Of a DNA stretch of 28,573 nucleotides, positions 24,835-28,573 are shown piece by piece. The position numbers and the translations under genes are program-made. The DNA comes from a virus (lineage: Duplodnaviria; Caudoviricetes). The DNA lies in IMG/VR virus record IMGVR_UViG_3300025118_000103, positions 1 through 28,573 of that record, one strand, 5' to 3'. Numbering within the stretch: the first letter of the stretch is position 1; the number at the start of each line of letters is the position of its first letter. The notes below the pieces were generated by a model that was not told the DNA's origin, did not search any database, and worked only from the letters and a program-made list of their open reading frames with translations.

Positions 24835-25961
24835 CCAATATAAGATACGTTTTTATACTGGGCTTTTAGTCTGGTTTCTTTATTAAAACCCTGTTTCTTT
24901 AAAGACTTAGAAGGTTTATGTACCGTGACCTGTTTCTTTCTTACGTTTACTGGTTTAGGTAAAGTCATTATACCTTCACGAACTGGACCACCCTCTTTTA
25001 ATTCTTTCAAAGGCTTAGGAGTATTATACATTAATTGACCAGTGTCTTTATCCCTTATTCCTTTTATCATCTTCCCGTCAAGGACTTGTAGATTTAATGT
25101 ACCTTCCTCAACTGTGGTGTAACCTTTCCAACCCCTTTCTTTAACCCTTTCGGAAACTGTTTCTAAAACTTCCCAATTTGATTTTTCCCAATCTTTTAAA
25201 TCCTTTATATTATCCATTGTAACTTTATCAAATGCAGCTTCTTTTTCAGCTAGAACCCTGTCATTTCTTAAAGTACCGTCCTTTTTAAATAAATCCTTCT
25301 TAATCTTTTTTCTTTCGTTTTTGTATTCGGTAGCTATGTATTCCCTATGTTTAGGGTTTCTATAATCAAGAATCTTATTAGAATATTTTTTATCTAAGAC
25401 CGTAGGTATAACTCTTGCGTTGATGTCTTCTCCTGCTGACCTGTTAGCAAACTTATCGGCAAACTTATGGTCAGAAGTAACAGAAAAAGAATTACCTCTA
25501 CCAACAGGAGCCTGCACTCCTAATTCATTACCTTTAGAACCCATTCTTTCAAACCTTATGGGGTCGTTTGTTCCATGGTAGCTGGGTTTGTCTACAAAAA
25601 TTTCTTTTACATTCCCTTGACCTTTAACCTTAGGAGCACCTCTCCAGGCTGCGAGAGGATTACGGGATGCAGCTTTTGCTCTTAAACTTGTAATACCACC
25701 AAGAACTTTATCTTGAGCAGGTTGTGGTAATTGTTGAAAACCTTTTTTACCTAGCCACCCTGCTCCTCGGATTAATTTATCACCTGCATACATTTCTAAT
25801 GGAAGTTTTAACATTGCTAATTCTCTGTTCAACCATTCAGGAGGTATGTCTCCCCTTCCTTTACCAAAATCTGTGGAACCGTAATTCCTAACCATAGAAT
25901 CGGCTAGTTCTTCGGCAGTAAACATAGGTCTTGGTGGATTTCTTCTTTCTCCTGGCAGCAT
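24831..25961 (-). CDS. Protein with ADP-ribosyltransferase-like (ART-PolyVal-type) domain
   Basis: YHGT..F..G.SFSVTSDHKFADKFA..RVIPTVL..ILDY..GWKGYTTVEEG..LQVLD..MIK. Confidence 0.6.
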   Translation of the reverse strand: MLPGERRNPPRPMFTAEELADSMVRNYGSTDFGKGRGDIPPEWLNRELAMLKLPLEMYAGDKLIRGAGWLGKKGFQQLPQPAQDKVLGGITSLRAKAASRNPLAAWRGAPKVKGQGNVKEIFVDKPSYHGTNDPIRFERMGSKGNELGVQAPVGRGNSFSVTSDHKFADKFANRSAGEDINARVIPTVLDKKYSNKILDYRNPKHREYIATEYKNERKKIKKDLFKKDGTLRNDRVLAEKEAAFDKVTMDNIKDLKDWEKSNWEVLETVSERVKERGWKGYTTVEEGTLNLQVLDGKMIKGIRDKDTGQLMYNTPKPLKELKEGGPVREGIMTLPKPVNVRKKQVTVHKPSKSLKKQGFNKETRLKAQYKNVSYIG

Positions 25962-25970
25962 GATTTTATT

Positions 25971-27740
25971 TTAACTCCATGTGTAAACTTGTAAAGGCTT
26001 TTCTTTTCCTTTGACACTTAAAGGCTCTAGTTCTTTTAGTTGATGATCGCTTTTTATAGCAGTGCTGTACCCTATCAATACATCAACACCTGCTTCCTTA
26101 GTTCCTGATTCTAATCGTGCACCTGTGTTGACTGCGTCCCCAATAGCAGTATAGTCAAACCTTGATTCACTACCCATGTTGCCTATAACTGCGTAACCTG
26201 TATTAATACCCACACCAATAGCAACAGGGGGTAATCCTTTATGAGCAAGTTCATAGTTTAAATCGTCCATGTTTTTCTGTATGTCTCTAGCACAGTCTAT
26301 AGCTTTATTCTCATGAAAGTCTTGGTCTATTGGTGCATTAAATATAGCCATCATTGCATCACCTATATATTTATCAACCATACCGCCATGTTTCTGAACT
26401 GCTTTTTGTTGAGCAGTTAATGCTTTATTCATTATATAAGTTACTTCCTCAGGCTCTAGTCTTTCTGACATTGAAGTAAAACCACGTACATCTGTGAATA
26501 AAAAAGTAGCGTATCTTTTTTCTCCACCTAATTTTAAAAGGTCAGGGTTCTTTTGTAGTTCTTTTACTTGTCTAGGGTCTAGATAGTGTTCAAACTGTTT
26601 CTTAATCTGTTGTCTGAGTTTGTATTGTTCTCTAAACCTTATATAAAACGCAGTAGAAGCAGTTATGAATTGGGAAATTAATGTCCAAGTAACGTCTATC
26701 AACACCCCTTGTTGTATTGTCCAATAACCGTAGAATCCAGTAGAGGACATAAAAAGGACAGCATAAATAATACCAAAAGTTATTCCAAAAAAGTTTATTA
26801 AAGCCCAGATGCATAGAATAGAAATAAGTAAGAGAGACAACTCCACAGCTATTGAGTAGTCAGGTATGTAAGGACTATTCTCTATCAAGATACTTTCTGC
26901 AAGTGCAGCTTGTATTTTGTGTGGTTCCAATAAACCAACAGGAGTTGCTAACTGAGGCATAATACCTTTAGCAGTAAAGCCTACAAACACAAATTTATTT
27001 TCTACGTCCATTTCTTTTAGATCTGTTTGAGGTGTGTCTACCCAACTAATCCATTTACGACCTAAAGAATCAACAGGAACAGGGGACAAACCCTTAACCC
27101 TGATTTCCTCTAATCCATTCTCGTTTGTTTTTATAACGTAGGTGTCCGCTCCTGCTAAAATCTTTAACACCTCTGTCCCGTATGCAGGAACCCAACCATC
27201 AGGGGTACGAAGAAGTAGAGGTAATCTTCTAACAAGTGAATCAACATCAGTTCTTGCAACTGCTATACCTTGATTAGCATTATTTTTTAAAACCTGTATA
27301 TTTTCTATAACACCTTTTGAATTAAGACCACCTTTATCATCACCTAGAATAACAGTACCAGTAGTTGGTGGGTACTTTCCGTTGTCGTTTTCAAACATAG
27401 CTAGAACACTTGGGGCAAAAGCTAAAGATTCAGTGAACATAAAATCACCCCCAAACCTATCAGGTTGTGGGAAAGCTAATACCCAACCCACACCTATTGC
27501 ACCTTTGCGTAATAAGCTTATTTGTATTTGTGCGAGAGTCTGTCTGGATAAAGGATAACCACCTTCATTAGCTATGTCCTCTTCGGTTATGTTTAACACA
27601 GTAAAATGACCTGAGGGCTTTTCCTCAGTAACTAATGAGTCAAATGTTTTTAATTTAAGTATCTCTAAAGGGGTGAGTTGAAAGACTAAGGGTAAGGTCA
27701 ATACACCTAATAAACCTAGAAGAGTCAGCCATTTAGTCAT
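25971..27740 (-). CDS. CHASE2-sensor, membrane-bound class III adenylate cyclase
   Basis: N-terminal TM; CHASE2 (GGYPLSR, DVDSLVRRLPL); 3 TM; LFTDVRGFT, DKYIGDAMMA, GVGINTG, DYTAIGDAVNTGARLES. Confidence 0.95.
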   Translation of the reverse strand: MTKWLTLLGLLGVLTLPLVFQLTPLEILKLKTFDSLVTEEKPSGHFTVLNITEEDIANEGGYPLSRQTLAQIQISLLRKGAIGVGWVLAFPQPDRFGGDFMFTESLAFAPSVLAMFENDNGKYPPTTGTVILGDDKGGLNSKGVIENIQVLKNNANQGIAVARTDVDSLVRRLPLLLRTPDGWVPAYGTEVLKILAGADTYVIKTNENGLEEIRVKGLSPVPVDSLGRKWISWVDTPQTDLKEMDVENKFVFVGFTAKGIMPQLATPVGLLEPHKIQAALAESILIENSPYIPDYSIAVELSLLLISILCIWALINFFGITFGIIYAVLFMSSTGFYGYWTIQQGVLIDVTWTLISQFITASTAFYIRFREQYKLRQQIKKQFEHYLDPRQVKELQKNPDLLKLGGEKRYATFLFTDVRGFTSMSERLEPEEVTYIMNKALTAQQKAVQKHGGMVDKYIGDAMMAIFNAPIDQDFHENKAIDCARDIQKNMDDLNYELAHKGLPPVAIGVGINTGYAVIGNMGSESRFDYTAIGDAVNTGARLESGTKEAGVDVLIGYSTAIKSDHQLKELEPLSVKGKEKPLQVYTWS

Positions 27741-28515
27741 ACTGGGTTATAGTAACTGTTTTTGTGCAATTAGTTACACAATTGTAAGTCGCTGTAAAAG
27801 ATTTATCGTTTACTCCACTTTGAGTTACTGCCACGTTGTAATCGTCTTTATAGAAATTGAGTCTGGCGGTATGGTCTCCTGAGCCTGATTGAGTTATTGA
27901 GGCTGTTCCATCATCTGCGTCTGAATACCAAAATATATCTGCATCATGGTCTCCTGAGCCTGATTGTGTAATCGTTGTGGTATTCCTATCAGCGTAGTTG
28001 TAGTTATAGACGTAAGCGTTATGTTGTCCTGTTCCTGATTGTGTAATGGTTGTAGTGGCATCATCTCCAAATGCCAATATCTTTGCATACTTATTATTTC
28101 CAGTTTGAGTTATTGAATAGTTTGTGTCATCTCCTGCCATTAATATCTCACCATGATTGCTGTCGCCTGTCTGCGTAACAGTGCCTGTATTGTCATCTTT
28201 ATCTAGGTCAAGATACCCATAATTGTTATCCCCATCTTGAGTTATGTTGAAAGTATTATCTGAGTGATTAGACCATTGCGAATATGCTTTGGTCGTATTT
28301 CCTGAGCCTGTGGTGTTTAAATTGATTGTTGCCCTAGTACAGGTGTGTGTTTGGTAAACTCCGTTGCTTAAACCACAATAGACTGTGGCATTGTTTGTAT
28401 ACCCTACTTGCTTAATGTTAATGACGGAGTCATCGCCTTTCTGCTGAACAGTAATTGCATTGTTCCCCGCCATTAGTGGGAAACTAATCAGACTGATTAA
28501 TAATAATCGTACCAT
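27733..28515 (-). CDS. Secreted curlin-repeat protein
   Basis: Signal peptide; about nine (I/V)TQ(S/T/D)GxxNxA-type repeats rich in N/Q/G/T; GGAGGAG RBS. Confidence 0.8.
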   Translation of the reverse strand: MVRLLLISLISFPLMAGNNAITVQQKGDDSVINIKQVGYTNNATVYCGLSNGVYQTHTCTRATINLNTTGSGNTTKAYSQWSNHSDNTFNITQDGDNNYGYLDLDKDDNTGTVTQTGDSNHGEILMAGDDTNYSITQTGNNKYAKILAFGDDATTTITQSGTGQHNAYVYNYNYADRNTTTITQSGSGDHDADIFWYSDADDGTASITQSGSGDHTARLNFYKDDYNVAVTQSGVNDKSFTATYNCVTNCTKTVTITQYD

Positions 28516-28573
28516 CTCCTCCTCCGTTTACTGTTATATCTATTAATTTACCTGCAGATAAAATTTGTATGTT
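28484..28573 (-). CDS. 3' end of a gene truncated by the window edge (possibly a FecR-domain protein)
   Basis: ...NIQILSAGKLIDITVNGGGDGTIIINQSD*. The FecR guess rests only on typical context with curlin and CHASE2 cyclase genes. Confidence 0.5.
   Translation of the reverse strand, partial: NIQILSAGKLIDITVNGGGDGTIIINQSD

Larger units (their letters stand above)
1..28573. mobile_element. Bacteriophage genome segment (early, accessory, replication and DNA-modification regions)
   Basis: Tightly overlapping small ORFs; phage-type polA, primase, helicases, DUF932, dUTPase and nucleotide-modification genes; no host housekeeping operons. Free phage versus prophage cannot be decided from this window. 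Confidence 0.95.

Noticed and set aside
27871-27966. 21-bp direct repeat ATGGTCTCCTGAGCCTGATTG with 75-bp period
   Set aside because: In-frame coding repeat (QSGSGDH) of the curlin protein; not a CRISPR array or att site
1100-28088. Antisense and nested ORFs in the track (e.g. 1100-1303, 1601-1843, 2195-2428, 5458-5811, 6666-7067, 8134-8403, 13484-13741, 22441-22722, 26632-26814, 27894-28088)
   Set aside because: Shadows of better-supported genes; no RBS or motifs
1-28573. Alternative genetic code or restriction-site avoidance
   Set aside because: Long genes are intact in the standard code and use TAA, TAG and TGA stops; k-mer depletion cannot be quantified by eye, so no claim is made

Overview
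The whole window reads as part of an AT-rich, gene-dense tailed-phage genome, most likely aquatic or marine (inferred from gene content). It contains no capsid, terminase, integrase, tRNA, rRNA or CRISPR. Bases 1-2673 (+) hold small early-type ORFs behind repeated promoter, hairpin and RBS cassettes. Bases 2670-10423 (-) are accessory and nucleotide-metabolism genes: AlkB-like and P4H/PLOD-like 2OG-Fe(II) oxygenases, dUTPase, a cupin sugar isomerase, an HxGH cytidylyltransferase and DUF932. Bases ~10568-10935 (-) are a gene-free, heavily base-paired segment with its own promoter and terminator, a candidate large undescribed ncRNA. Bases 10974-24834 are the replication module (nuclease, family A polymerase, Cas4/RecB-like nuclease, UvrD helicase, AEP primase, SSB-like protein, SNF2-like helicase). 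Embedded in it is a DNA-hypermodification cassette: aGPT-Pplase1-family protein, GREB1/TAGT-like glycosyltransferase, thymidylate synthase/dUMP hydroxymethylase homologue and an Nmad1-like protein. Bases 24831-28573 (-) encode an ADP-ribosyltransferase-like protein, a CHASE2 adenylate cyclase, a curlin-repeat protein and the 3' end of a further gene. All family calls come from motif recognition by eye, not from database searches.
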